In this document: positions 47,599 to 57,558 of the stretch, in pieces
How the letters are laid out: each line of letters begins with the position of its first letter
Numbering within the stretch: the first letter of the stretch is position 1
NCBI GenBank assembly: GCA_965279375.1
Contig: OZ257156.1
Span: 2,080,001 to 2,144,000, forward strand
Direction: 5' to 3'
Source of the DNA: Gemmatimonas sp.
GTDB taxonomy: Bacteria; Gemmatimonadota; Gemmatimonadetes; Gemmatimonadales; Gemmatimonadaceae
Length of the DNA stretch: 64,000 nt
Notes under the pieces: generated by a model
The model's input: only the letters and a program-made list of their open reading frames with translations
Databases searched by the model: none
Told to the model about the DNA's origin: nothing
Translations under genes and position numbers: made by a program

Positions 47599-49512
47599 AT
47601 GTCGCTCCGCCCGCGCGTTCTCGCCCTGCTCGCTCTCGTCGCCGTGAGCGCCTGTCGAGAGTCGTCCAGCACGGCGCCGTCCACAGGGCAGTTGTCGGTG
47701 TCCATGGCCGGGCTGCCTGCGGGTGTGAAACCGTTGGTTACCGTGAGCGGCCCGTCGTCGTTTCGCGCGACGCTGGACAGTGCAACCACGCTGACAGCCT
47801 TGCCTGCTGGTGACTTCACCGTCGTTGCGAGCGATGTGACGGCCGGGACGGTGCGCTACGGCGGCACACCTGCCACGCAGACGGTCACCGTCGCGCGAGA
47901 TGGCGTGACGACGGCCAGCCAGATTCTGTATGGCGTATCCAGCGCACGACTGACCGTCACCGTGAGCGGCTTGCCCGCGGGCTCGAACGCGAGCGTGACG
48001 ATCACTGGTCCGCGCGGCTACACGCGAACGATCAACGGCACCACGCAGATCGATCTGCTCGAACCGGGCACCTACACCATCGCCGCCGCCGACGTCGCGG
48101 TTGGCGCGAGTACGTATCGCGCGGTCGCCGCCACGCAGGTGATCGGGCTGTCTTCGTCACTGCAGTCCGTAGCGGCGAACGTGGAGTATGGCGCCGGACT
48201 CGCGACGATGCGCGTGAATGTGACAGGCCTGCCGTTCGATGTGCCGGCGGCGATCGACGTGACAGGCCCGAATGGCTTTGCGCGCCGAGTTTCGGCGTCG
48301 GCGGTCTTCGGACGGCTCGAAGCGGGCACGTACACCATCGCTGCGAACGTCGTGGGCAGCGTGCTGACGACCCACACGCCCACGCCCGCGCGGCGCACCG
48401 TCGTGCTCACGGGCAGCGATACGACCACGGCCGCCGTCGTGTACGACAGCGCGCCGTTGCAACTCGCGCTGCAGCCCTTCGCCAGTGGACTCACGCAACC
48501 CGTATTCCTCTCGGCGCCGCCGGGCGACACGCGACAGTTCATCGTGGAACGTGGCGGGCGCATCAAGCTGGTGATCAACGGCGCGATCCAGTCGACGCCG
48601 TTTCTCGATATCAGCAGCCGAGTGAACAATCAGGGCGAACGCGGTCTGCTGGGTATGACGTGGGATCCGGCGTATGCCGCAAACGGCTGGTTGTATGTGT
48701 TCTACGTGGCGCTCAACGGCAATGTGGTCGTGGAGCGCGTAGGATCCACGCCGGGCGCAAACGTGGCGAGCAACACGGGTACCGTCGTCATCAGCATTCC
48801 GCATGGTGGAAGCGAGCACCATGGTGGCCTGATCGAGTTTGGTCCGGACGGCATGCTGTATCTCGCACCCGGCGACGGTGCGTGCTGTGGTGACCCGAAG
48901 AACAACGCGCAGAATCTCGGATCGCTTCTGGGCAAGGTGCTGCGCATCGATGTGCGCACGCTGCCGTATCGCGTGCCGAATGACAATCCGTTCGTATTGC
49001 AGGCTGGTGCGCAGCCGGAAATCTGGGCGTATGGCCTGCGCAATCCGTGGCGCTCCTCATTCGACACACCTACCGGCACGCTCTACATCGGAGACGTGGG
49101 GCAGGATGCGCGCGAAGAGGTCAACGCTGGACCGGCGCAGACGAGCGGCATCAACTACGGCTGGCCGTACACCGAAGGAACCGCCTGCTATAGCCCCGCG
49201 GTGAACTGCACGGCGGGGCGCAACCTCACGCTGCCGGTGCTCGACTACGCGCACGCCGACGGCTGCTCCGTCATTGGCGGCTACGTCTATCGCGGCGCGG
49301 CGATTCCCGAACTTGTCGGGCACTACCTGTACGCGGACTTCTGTCGCGGTTGGGTGCGCAGCTTTCAGCTCAGCAACGGACGTGCGACGGAGCCACGCAG
49401 CTGGAACGGCCTGACGCTCCCGTTCACGAATTCATTCGGTCGCGATGGTGCCGGCGAGTTGTACATGATCTCGGGCAGCAGCATCTCGCGCATCGTGCGA
49501 CTGGTGCGCTAG
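47599..49512 (+). CDS. Lipoprotein: three Ig-like repeats + GSDH (PQQ sugar dehydrogenase-like) propeller
   Basis: Lipobox VSAC; three GLP...V-x-GP...G-x-(Y/F)T repeats; ERGLLG, HHGG, FGPDGMLY, GKVLRID and YGLRNPWR motifs. Confidence 0.85.
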   Translation: MSLRPRVLALLALVAVSACRESSSTAPSTGQLSVSMAGLPAGVKPLVTVSGPSSFRATLDSATTLTALPAGDFTVVASDVTAGTVRYGGTPATQTVTVARDGVTTASQILYGVSSARLTVTVSGLPAGSNASVTITGPRGYTRTINGTTQIDLLEPGTYTIAAADVAVGASTYRAVAATQVIGLSSSLQSVAANVEYGAGLATMRVNVTGLPFDVPAAIDVTGPNGFARRVSASAVFGRLEAGTYTIAANVVGSVLTTHTPTPARRTVVLTGSDTTTAAVVYDSAPLQLALQPFASGLTQPVFLSAPPGDTRQFIVERGGRIKLVINGAIQSTPFLDISSRVNNQGERGLLGMTWDPAYAANGWLYVFYVALNGNVVVERVGSTPGANVASNTGTVVISIPHGGSEHHGGLIEFGPDGMLYLAPGDGACCGDPKNNAQNLGSLLGKVLRIDVRTLPYRVPNDNPFVLQAGAQPEIWAYGLRNPWRSSFDTPTGTLYIGDVGQDAREEVNAGPAQTSGINYGWPYTEGTACYSPAVNCTAGRNLTLPVLDYAHADGCSVIGGYVYRGAAIPELVGHYLYADFCRGWVRSFQLSNGRATEPRSWNGLTLPFTNSFGRDGAGELYMISGSSISRIVRLVR

Positions 49513-49517
49513 CCGCG

Positions 49518-49697
49518 CTACCGCTGCTTGGGCGGCAGCTTGGGCGGCGGAGCGACCGGACGATCCTCATCGTCGTTCACAATGGCGCCCCAGTCCTTCT
49601 TGGGTGCGCCACGCTTCACTCCGCCGTGCTGTTTGGGCTTCTCCACGATCTTGGTCGTCGAGCGCTTGCGCCCCTGACCGCCCTTGCCGCCTTTCAT
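49518..49697 (-). CDS. Small Lys/Gly/Pro-rich basic protein (59 aa)
   Basis: GGAG RBS before ATG 49697; fills the gap after the peptidase gene; AAG-rich codon use. Confidence 0.5.
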   Translation of the reverse strand: MKGGKGGQGRKRSTTKIVEKPKQHGGVKRGAPKKDWGAIVNDDEDRPVAPPPKLPPKQR

Positions 49698-49735
49698 CGA
49701 TCCGTCTCCACGAAGTCGTGCACTATCGGTGGGCG

Positions 49736-52495
49736 TTACTTGTTCGCATCGAGCAGCGCCTTGCGTGCCAGCCAGCTCTGCCCGTCGGTGATCCACTTGG
49801 CCGGTGCTTCGCCCTTGAGGTAGTAGGCGAACCACTGGAGAATGCGCCGCTCGTAGTCGATGGCGTTTTCGCGCTTGCCGAGTCCGTGCCCTTCGCCGGG
49901 ATAGAGCAGCATCACCGCGTCCTTGCCGGCGCGACGCGCGTAGTTGTAGAACTCTACGCCCTGTCGCATGTCGACGGTGGGATCCTCGCCTCCGATTTCG
50001 ATGAGTACGCTCTTGGCCGGCATCACATGCACGCGATTGATCGGTGAGTTGCGGTTCATCGCCTGCACGTCTTCCCACGGCGCCACCTGCATGCGGAACT
50101 GTCCTGTCTCCCAGTGATCGAACTCGGGGACGGACGACCAGTGCATCTGCCCAGCGAAGCTCCACATGTCGCTGATACCCGCGCCCGCCACCGCCGTCTT
50201 GAACAGCGAGCTGTGCGTTGCGAGATAGTACGCCTCGTAGCCACCCTGTGAGTGCCCCGCGTGCCCCACGTTCGCGGCATCCACGAGCCCACGCGCGATC
50301 ACGTTGCGCACGGCCGGCTCCACCGACTGCAGCACTGCGAGACCCGGCTCACGCGGACGAAACACGATGTCCGGCATCAGCACGAAGTAACCATTCTGCG
50401 TGAACACGTTGGCGTTGTAGTAGTCGTTCTCGCGCGGCACGATGTAGCGGTGATAGCCCTGCGAGAGCAGCTCGTACGTGTACACGATCATCGGGTACTT
50501 CTTCTTCGGATCGTAGTTGGCCGGATAGTACAAGATGGCCTGCAGCGGCACGCCGATCGTGCTGCTGTAGTTCATTAACTCGGCTTTACCCCACGCGTAG
50601 TTCTTCTGGAACGGATTCGTTTCCGTCAGGCGCGTGGGGTTGGCCAAGTCCGCCGATGCGGCAAACACATTCGGTGATTCGTCGAAGCGCTGCCGCACGT
50701 AGGCGTAGCGATCGGTGCTGTCGGCCTTGCTCAACGACCCAATCGATGCATCGGCGAGAACCAACCGTTGCACCGTGCCTGCGGGCATCAGACGAGCATA
50801 GCCGCTCCGCTTGTCGCGCTTGCCGTACATCGAGAGGTACATCGGCGCGCCGAGGTCAACGGCACGCTCGACGGGCGTCGCGCCAAACCCCGCGAACGAC
50901 ACCACACGGTACTCGAGACCGTCGCGGGCACCGTCAGTCAGTCGTGTGCCGCCCGAGCCGTCCATGGTCAGTGCCCACACATCGTACGCGCTGTACACCA
51001 GCAACTTCGTGCCGTCTTTGGTCCACAACGGATTGCCGATGGAAGGCGACACGTCGCTCGGGTGATCGTCTTCGCGGTCCACGAAGTCCGCGCCACGCGC
51101 ACGCAGCGCAGCGGTGAGATTCGTGCGCTTGCCGGTCGCGACCTCCACCGCCCAATAGTCGCGTCCATCGAACCAAGGGATACGCGCGCCCGTCGGATCG
51201 GGTGAAAAGAATGAGCGCACCTTGGTCAGCAATTTCGTGCGCGCGCCGGTGTTCACGTTGATCGTCCAGATGTCCTGATCGCGACGACCGAACTTCTGAC
51301 CAAACGCGTACGGCTTCTTGTCCGTCTCCATCGCGAACGCATCGCCCTCGAGCACGCTCGCGGTCTCCGCGGCATCGCTGCCCAGTGGCACCACGCGACT
51401 GTCGTCCAGACGCCACGCCGTCAGCATGCTGGCGCGCAGGTCGCGCTGCTCACCGCTCCGCTGCTCCGGAATGACGTGCACGTCGTTCGTGTGCCAGATC
51501 TCCACGTCGGAGATCTTCTCGTCGCTCTTCTTGGGCGCGTCGGCCGCCGCGTCGCGAGGACGCACCCCCACGTAGAGCAACTTCCCGTCCTTGGACCACG
51601 ACGGCTTGCGCGACTCGGCGACGCGCATCTTCGCGGGAAATCCGGGAGACGTCGCAGGGTCGAGCACACGCATCGGTGCAGCGTTAGCGCCAATCGACGA
51701 CCATTGGAGCAGCACGTGCGACGTGTCGGTGAACGCCTTGTCCACGGTGCTGCGCAGCACCACCAGCTCATCCGACTTGGGGCGCCACGAGAGCGCGCGG
51801 TACATGTTCGCGCTGTTGTCGAGCAAGCGCACAGCACCGCTCAGTCCATCGAACACCTCCACACCGTTGCCAGTCGCGCCGTCGGTTGCGATGGCGAGCG
51901 CAAGCCACGGTTTGCGATCGTTCCAGAGCTGCTCGGACACATTGCTGAACACGAGTCGTGCGCCGCTCGTCAGGTCCAGCACCAGCACTTCGCTGCTGCG
52001 CTTGCCCTCGGCCGGATACTTGGTCACCGACACAAAGCCGCCCGCAGGACTGAAGCTGAAGGCGTTCGCGTCGGCGATGTTGATGGTCGTGCCAGAGGTC
52101 AGATCGCGCAGCGTGAAGGACGTTCGCACCGGCTTGCGATCCTTGAGCAGCTTGTCGCGCTCCTTGGGCGGCACACCAACCAGCGCGGCCATCCAGCGTG
52201 AGTCAGGAGAGAAGGCGGCAGCCGTGCCATAGGGGATCACGATCGTCGTGTCGCGCGCACCACCGCGCACACGCAGCTCGTTCTCCTCGTTGCCGCGCGC
52301 GATGCCGTACGAAAGCCACGCGCCGTTGGGTGACAGTCGCGACGCGCCGAGCGACTCGAACTGGCCAAGGTCCTTGGCCGTCACGAGGGGCTTGGCTTGC
52401 GCGCCGAGCTGGGCGACGGGCGGGCTGCCGGCGGTCGCGAAGGCGAAAGCCCCGGCCGTGAATGCAACGCGAAGTCGAACGAAGCGACGGAGCAT
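49736..52495 (-). CDS. Secreted S9 (prolyl oligopeptidase) family serine peptidase
   Basis: FSPD propeller repeats; YPMIVY; nucleophile GHSQGG; DPTV; EGHG. Confidence 0.92.
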   Translation of the reverse strand: MLRRFVRLRVAFTAGAFAFATAGSPPVAQLGAQAKPLVTAKDLGQFESLGASRLSPNGAWLSYGIARGNEENELRVRGGARDTTIVIPYGTAAAFSPDSRWMAALVGVPPKERDKLLKDRKPVRTSFTLRDLTSGTTINIADANAFSFSPAGGFVSVTKYPAEGKRSSEVLVLDLTSGARLVFSNVSEQLWNDRKPWLALAIATDGATGNGVEVFDGLSGAVRLLDNSANMYRALSWRPKSDELVVLRSTVDKAFTDTSHVLLQWSSIGANAAPMRVLDPATSPGFPAKMRVAESRKPSWSKDGKLLYVGVRPRDAAADAPKKSDEKISDVEIWHTNDVHVIPEQRSGEQRDLRASMLTAWRLDDSRVVPLGSDAAETASVLEGDAFAMETDKKPYAFGQKFGRRDQDIWTINVNTGARTKLLTKVRSFFSPDPTGARIPWFDGRDYWAVEVATGKRTNLTAALRARGADFVDREDDHPSDVSPSIGNPLWTKDGTKLLVYSAYDVWALTMDGSGGTRLTDGARDGLEYRVVSFAGFGATPVERAVDLGAPMYLSMYGKRDKRSGYARLMPAGTVQRLVLADASIGSLSKADSTDRYAYVRQRFDESPNVFAASADLANPTRLTETNPFQKNYAWGKAELMNYSSTIGVPLQAILYYPANYDPKKKYPMIVYTYELLSQGYHRYIVPRENDYYNANVFTQNGYFVLMPDIVFRPREPGLAVLQSVEPAVRNVIARGLVDAANVGHAGHSQGGYEAYYLATHSSLFKTAVAGAGISDMWSFAGQMHWSSVPEFDHWETGQFRMQVAPWEDVQAMNRNSPINRVHVMPAKSVLIEIGGEDPTVDMRQGVEFYNYARRAGKDAVMLLYPGEGHGLGKRENAIDYERRILQWFAYYLKGEAPAKWITDGQSWLARKALLDANK

Positions 52496-52675
52496 GAGTG
52501 GATCGGATGCAGGTCAGATGCGAGTCGGAGGCCGTGGAGAACCGCGGAAGAAGATAGACTCGCCGCGTCCGGCCGGTGAGAGTGCCGCTGGCGGCAGTCC
52601 GTGGCGCGGCGCATTCTCTACCGCGCTTGGTCACTGCGTCCAGCCAATCGGCCGACCCCTTCTGCTCCAACCGTC

Positions 52676-54049
52676 ATGACTCGATCGCTCCGACTGCTCG
52701 TCACACTCGCACTTGTCACGATTGGCGCCACCATCGTCGCGCAGCGCACGGCCGCGGCCCGGCAGCCGCAGGCGGCGGGCAAACTGGCGCTCGTTGGAGG
52801 CACGCTGATCGACGGTAACGGGGCGCCGCCCATCACCAACAGCGTGGTGCTGGTCGACAACGGCAAGATCACGGCGGTCGGTCGCGTTGGTTCGCTGACC
52901 GTGCCGGATGGCTACACGGTCATCAACACCAATGGCATGACGGTGCTGCCGGGGCTCTTCGAGATGCACGCGCATCTCATGCTGGTGGGGCACGGCAACT
53001 ATGCACACTGGGACAGCGTCTATCCGGCGCGTCTGCAGAAGGACGTGATACCAGTCGCCGCACGGCAGTCGCTGCTGCACGGCGTGACCAGCCTGCGTGA
53101 TCTTGGTGGTCCACTCGCACCGATCATGGACGTCAAGCGCAAGATCGATCGGGGTGAGCTGACAGGCGCGACGATCTACACGTCGGGACCGTTCCTGCAG
53201 CACGCCCCATATCCCGGCACGGAGGCGTTTCGCTGGGGGATCAACGGCGTGGCCGACGCGCGCGCCAAGGTCAACACACTCGCCGATGCCGGCGTGAGCG
53301 TCATCAAGTTGATCGACCAGGACGAAATGACGATGGACGAGGTGCGCGCAGTGGTAGACGAAGCGCACAAGCGGAAACTGCCCGTCGTCGCGCACGCGCA
53401 TCGCCCGGAAGAGATCCGTCGTGGACTCGCTGCGGGTGTCGACGACTTCGAGCACACCGGCCTGGCGACGGCACCGGAGTATCCTGCCGACATCATCGAG
53501 GCGCTCCGCGCGCGCACGGCACAAGGCAATCGTCCGCCGCTCTACTGGACGCCCACGATCGACGTGCTCACCAACTACGGGACGCGTCGCGACCATCCGG
53601 AATACATCGACGACCCGGAATGGTACGAGGGGCTCGCCGCCGACATTGCGGCCGACGTCAAACAGTCGATCGTGCGCCTCGACACCCTAACCTACTACCG
53701 CTTCGTCGCCAATCGCCGCGCCACGTTGCCCACCAAGTTCCGCCAGCTCCGCGAAAGCGGCGTCCGCCTGCTCATCGGAACCGACGCCGGCGTGCCGGCC
53801 AACTTCCACGGCTATGCCACGCCTGAGGAGATGATCACCTGGGTGAACACCTACGGCATGGACCCCATGGAGACGATTCGCTCGGCGACCTATTGGCCCG
53901 CCTACTCGCTCAGTGTGCTCGACAAGGTCGGCACCGTAGACGCGGGAAAAGCCGCCGACATCATCGCGGTGCGCGGTGATCCGCTCAGCGACATCACGGT
54001 GCTGCGTCGGGTGGAGCTGGTGATCAAGGCAGGGAAGCGCGTGAAGTAG
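52676..54049 (+). CDS. Secreted amidohydrolase family protein
   Basis: Signal peptide; PGLFEMHAH, VAHA, FEH, GTDAG and GKAADI motifs. Confidence 0.9.
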   Translation: MTRSLRLLVTLALVTIGATIVAQRTAAARQPQAAGKLALVGGTLIDGNGAPPITNSVVLVDNGKITAVGRVGSLTVPDGYTVINTNGMTVLPGLFEMHAHLMLVGHGNYAHWDSVYPARLQKDVIPVAARQSLLHGVTSLRDLGGPLAPIMDVKRKIDRGELTGATIYTSGPFLQHAPYPGTEAFRWGINGVADARAKVNTLADAGVSVIKLIDQDEMTMDEVRAVVDEAHKRKLPVVAHAHRPEEIRRGLAAGVDDFEHTGLATAPEYPADIIEALRARTAQGNRPPLYWTPTIDVLTNYGTRRDHPEYIDDPEWYEGLAADIAADVKQSIVRLDTLTYYRFVANRRATLPTKFRQLRESGVRLLIGTDAGVPANFHGYATPEEMITWVNTYGMDPMETIRSATYWPAYSLSVLDKVGTVDAGKAADIIAVRGDPLSDITVLRRVELVIKAGKRVK

Positions 54050-54062
54050 AACGTGTCACGCG

Positions 54063-55583
54063 CTAGGCGGCGGGGAGAAACACCTCGAACGACGTGCCGC
54101 TGTCCGGTGTGGACTGCAGCCGCACGTCACCCGCTGCCTGCCGCGCGATGCCATGCACCGTGGCCAAGCCGAGTCCCGTGCCGCGCCCAGATGGCTTGGT
54201 GGTGAAGAACGGCTCGAAGATGCGCTCGCGAATGTCGTCCGGGATGCCGGTGCCCGTGTCCTGCACGAGCAGGCGCACATACTCACCCGGCTTGAGGTTG
54301 GTCGCGGGTGAAGTGCCCAAAGTGATCGAGACCAGATCGAGTGACAGCGCGATGCGACCACCCGCCTGCACCGCATCGCGCGCGTTGGCCACGAGGTTGA
54401 TCACGATCTGTTCAAACTGCGCCGGGTCCATGCACAGTGACGCGCTGCCGCTGCTGCCGCTGACGGTGAGTTCGATCGCAGGGCCCGCCATCACGCGCAG
54501 CATCGCGGCAAGCGCGCGCAAGCGCTCCGATGGATCGAAATGCACCGCCTGTGTCGGCCGGGCGCGCGCGAAGGTGAGCAGTTGCGAGACCAACGAACGG
54601 CCGTGCGACATCGCGCTGTCCACTTCCTCCGTGAGCTGCGGATCGTCTTTGCGAGATGCCGAACTGCGCAGCCCATCCCACGACAAGCTGAGCACCTGAA
54701 GCACGTTGTTCATGTCGTGCGCGACGCCCGCGGCCATGCGCCCCAGGCTTTCCATGCGTTCTGCGACCAGCACCCGCTCGCGCGCTCGGGTCAGCTCCAG
54801 CGACTGCGCGTTCACCAGCGCCAATTCCTCTGCCGTGGACGCCAGCAGTGTACAGACGCCGGTCGCGAGAATGGCGAGCACGTCGATCGTGACGAAGAGC
54901 AGCACGGCAGCGAAGGGTAAGTCGGGCATGCCGACTCGTAGTCCGAGCACAACCGCCAGCGCCTGTCGTAACGCAAGCGCCGCAAAGCCGATGGTCAGCA
55001 GATGGAGCGCGGCCGGGTGACGCGGGCTGGCGCGCCACGCTCGCCACGCCAACACGGCGGGCACCGCAAGCACAAGCAGCTGCAGCGCGCGACTTATCGT
55101 AACCGGGATGACGCGCGTGTCGGGAAAGAGCGCGGCGGAGCCGAATACTCCCACGGCGTGAACGAGTAGCGCGCCGAATGCCCAGCGTAGCGCGGCCGCT
55201 GCGGCAGGCTGCTCGGGCCGTTCGGGGTCGGCCAACGCGGCAAAGGCGTTGCGCGCATACGGGATGGCCGCCGCGAGCAGCGCGACCAGGCACGTCGTGA
55301 ACGCGCGACTGAGTTCGCGGTTGTTCCAGACCGCGCCGCTCCACGACGAAAAGATGTTGAGCACGGCCGACAGCGCGAACAAGCGCCAGAAGATCGCCAT
55401 CGCTCGCATGGCAGCGCGCCCGAAATGCCGCGACACGCCTTCCTGCGCCGCTGCAAAGCCGAGGACAACGGCGCATTGCAACAGCGTGGAGCCGAGGTTG
55501 ATTCGATCGAACGAGCGCAGTGCATCGAAACCGCTCACCAACAGCAGTTGTGTCGCAATTGCCAAACCGCGATCCTCGCGCAA
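54063..55583 (-). CDS. Multi-TM sensor histidine kinase (CckA-like core, no receiver)
   Basis: About 7 hydrophobic helices; GVAHDMNN, NLVANARDA, FEPFFTTK and GTGLGL motifs; start uncertain. Confidence 0.88.
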   Translation of the reverse strand: MREDRGLAIATQLLLVSGFDALRSFDRINLGSTLLQCAVVLGFAAAQEGVSRHFGRAAMRAMAIFWRLFALSAVLNIFSSWSGAVWNNRELSRAFTTCLVALLAAAIPYARNAFAALADPERPEQPAAAAALRWAFGALLVHAVGVFGSAALFPDTRVIPVTISRALQLLVLAVPAVLAWRAWRASPRHPAALHLLTIGFAALALRQALAVVLGLRVGMPDLPFAAVLLFVTIDVLAILATGVCTLLASTAEELALVNAQSLELTRARERVLVAERMESLGRMAAGVAHDMNNVLQVLSLSWDGLRSSASRKDDPQLTEEVDSAMSHGRSLVSQLLTFARARPTQAVHFDPSERLRALAAMLRVMAGPAIELTVSGSSGSASLCMDPAQFEQIVINLVANARDAVQAGGRIALSLDLVSITLGTSPATNLKPGEYVRLLVQDTGTGIPDDIRERIFEPFFTTKPSGRGTGLGLATVHGIARQAAGDVRLQSTPDSGTSFEVFLPAA

Positions 55584-55692
55584 GTCATTCTGCAGCCGTC
55601 TCGCGCCAAGGCATCATCGACCTTCGCAGCGATTGGGAAAGCAGTCCCCTAGAAGTGGTGCAATGCTTCGCGTCACCACAAGGGGCTGCGCG

Positions 55693-57555
55693 CTACTCCG
55701 GGGCGGAATTTCCCTGCGGATTCTTCGCCGTGCTGTCGTCCGGGGCCGCTCCCCCCTGCGCAATGCGATACGCCGCTGTGTGTGCTGCCAGCAGCGCGCG
55801 GAACTCAGCAGAGGTACGCATCGTGCCCGCCTCAGTGCCGTCGCTGATCGGGAAAATCAACGTGAAGACCGCACCACCTCCCGGCGCATCGTCGATCGAT
55901 ACCGAGCCGCCGTGCAATTGCACGAGGTCTCGCACCACCGCGAGACCAATGCCGCTGCCGCCGGTACGTCCTTTCGTCCCCCCGAGACGGACAAAGGGTT
56001 TCCACACCGATCGACGCTCCGCGGCCGGGATGCCCGGCCCCTGATCGGCCACCCGCAGGCACGCTGAGGCTCCCGTCTTCTCGAGTTCGATGTGGATCGT
56101 CTGTCCGCGCGGTCCGTACTTGATGGCATTGTCGAGCAGGTTGACGACCACTTGTCGCACGGCCCGAGGGTCGATCATCGCGAAAATGCGCGACGGTGCA
56201 TCGGCGACGATGCGCATGCTGTATTGCTCGGCGATCGGGACGTATCCCTCCACCACTTCCTCGACCAGCTCGCCCAGATCGGTGCGCTCCTTCTCGAGAC
56301 GAGCGCGATCCGCATCCAGATGCGAGAAAAGCAGGATGTTCTCCACGAGATCGCCAAGCCGGCGAGTCTCGCGACCGATAATGCCGAGCCAATGGACGCG
56401 CTCCTCGTCGTCGCGCTCGCGGCGGAGCTGCAGCGTCTCGGTGAACATGCGGATTTGCGCCAAAGGTGTGCGCAATTCGTGCGAAACGCTCGCCACGAAA
56501 TCCCGACGTGCCTTAAAGAGCGACAGCTCGCGCCAGAGATTCACGGCCGCGGCGAGCGCAAGCAGAATGGACAGCACCGAAAGCCAGAGATTGAGCGGGA
56601 CGTCCAGGCGTCGCTCGGCGCCCTTCTCGTTGCCCGTGAACGGCAGTGAGACCACAGTGCCGCTCTCGCCCACGTGCTGCTGCATCTGCGCCACCAACGC
56701 GGGAGACAGGCTCGCCACGACGCGAAACTCCCCAGCGCCGCGCGAGATGAACTCGCCTTCCGCACTGCCGGGCTGCGCGGGTTGTGACTCGTACAGCGTC
56801 TTCCCTCGAGTATCGAACAGTCGGATGGCGATGAGCGAGTCGGTGCGCATGGAATCGACGCCGCTCTTGCGCTTGGTGTCCATCCATGCGGCGGGCAGCA
56901 GCGGAAGGTCGCGCAGAACGGTGCGGCCCACCTCGCGCCAACCGAGTCGTCGCGAGTACGTGAAGCCATAGAGCGCCACCTCGCGTCCCTCGAGATCGCG
57001 CAATGGCGCGAATGCAACGGACACGGGCTCGGCGCGGTCCACGAGCGCCCATGGGAGCACGTCACGTCCGCCGCCCGGCGGCATTGGACGTTCGCGCATC
57101 GCGTGCAGAATGCTGTCCTGCATCCCGCGGTCGTTGGCCGCGTCCAGCCCGGCGTATGTCTGCGTCGCGAGGTTGACGACGAAGAAGCCAAGGTTGGGAT
57201 CGTCGGGCGCGATGCCCAGACGCGTGATTTCCCGACGGGCCTGCCGGGCGACGTCGGTGAGCGAAGGCATCGCCGTGCCCGGCGTCCAGCGCGTGCCGAT
57301 GACCGACGCGAGCACTTGCAGACGAATGTTCTCGAAGGCGTAGTACGCGCGATCGCCGAACAGTCTCGCGCCAAGTGCGGCGAACTGACGAATCGCCAGA
57401 TCGCTCGCCCGGCGTCGCTCTTCGTAGCTGCGGCGCAGCTGCAGCGCGCTCGTGACCGAGAGCGCAGTCATCATCACCAGCACGATGGAAAAGAGAACCG
57501 CGCTGGGGCTCGCCGAACGCCACGTGGACGTCAGCGCGCGAAACACGCGAGACAC
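55693..57555 (-). CDS. Two-TM sensor histidine kinase with a large periplasmic domain
   Basis: SVSHELRTPL, NLLDNAIKY, DQGPGI and GSGIGL motifs. Confidence 0.92.
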   Translation of the reverse strand: MSRVFRALTSTWRSASPSAVLFSIVLVMMTALSVTSALQLRRSYEERRRASDLAIRQFAALGARLFGDRAYYAFENIRLQVLASVIGTRWTPGTAMPSLTDVARQARREITRLGIAPDDPNLGFFVVNLATQTYAGLDAANDRGMQDSILHAMRERPMPPGGGRDVLPWALVDRAEPVSVAFAPLRDLEGREVALYGFTYSRRLGWREVGRTVLRDLPLLPAAWMDTKRKSGVDSMRTDSLIAIRLFDTRGKTLYESQPAQPGSAEGEFISRGAGEFRVVASLSPALVAQMQQHVGESGTVVSLPFTGNEKGAERRLDVPLNLWLSVLSILLALAAAVNLWRELSLFKARRDFVASVSHELRTPLAQIRMFTETLQLRRERDDEERVHWLGIIGRETRRLGDLVENILLFSHLDADRARLEKERTDLGELVEEVVEGYVPIAEQYSMRIVADAPSRIFAMIDPRAVRQVVVNLLDNAIKYGPRGQTIHIELEKTGASACLRVADQGPGIPAAERRSVWKPFVRLGGTKGRTGGSGIGLAVVRDLVQLHGGSVSIDDAPGGGAVFTLIFPISDGTEAGTMRTSAEFRALLAAHTAAYRIAQGGAAPDDSTAKNPQGNSAPE

Positions 57556-57558
57556 CCG

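Noticed and set aside
37789..49512. Type VI secretion or Tad/Kil locus, suggested by FHA + kinase + TPR
   Set aside because: No tss, hcp, vgrG, pilin, secretin, ATPase or phosphatase genes in the window
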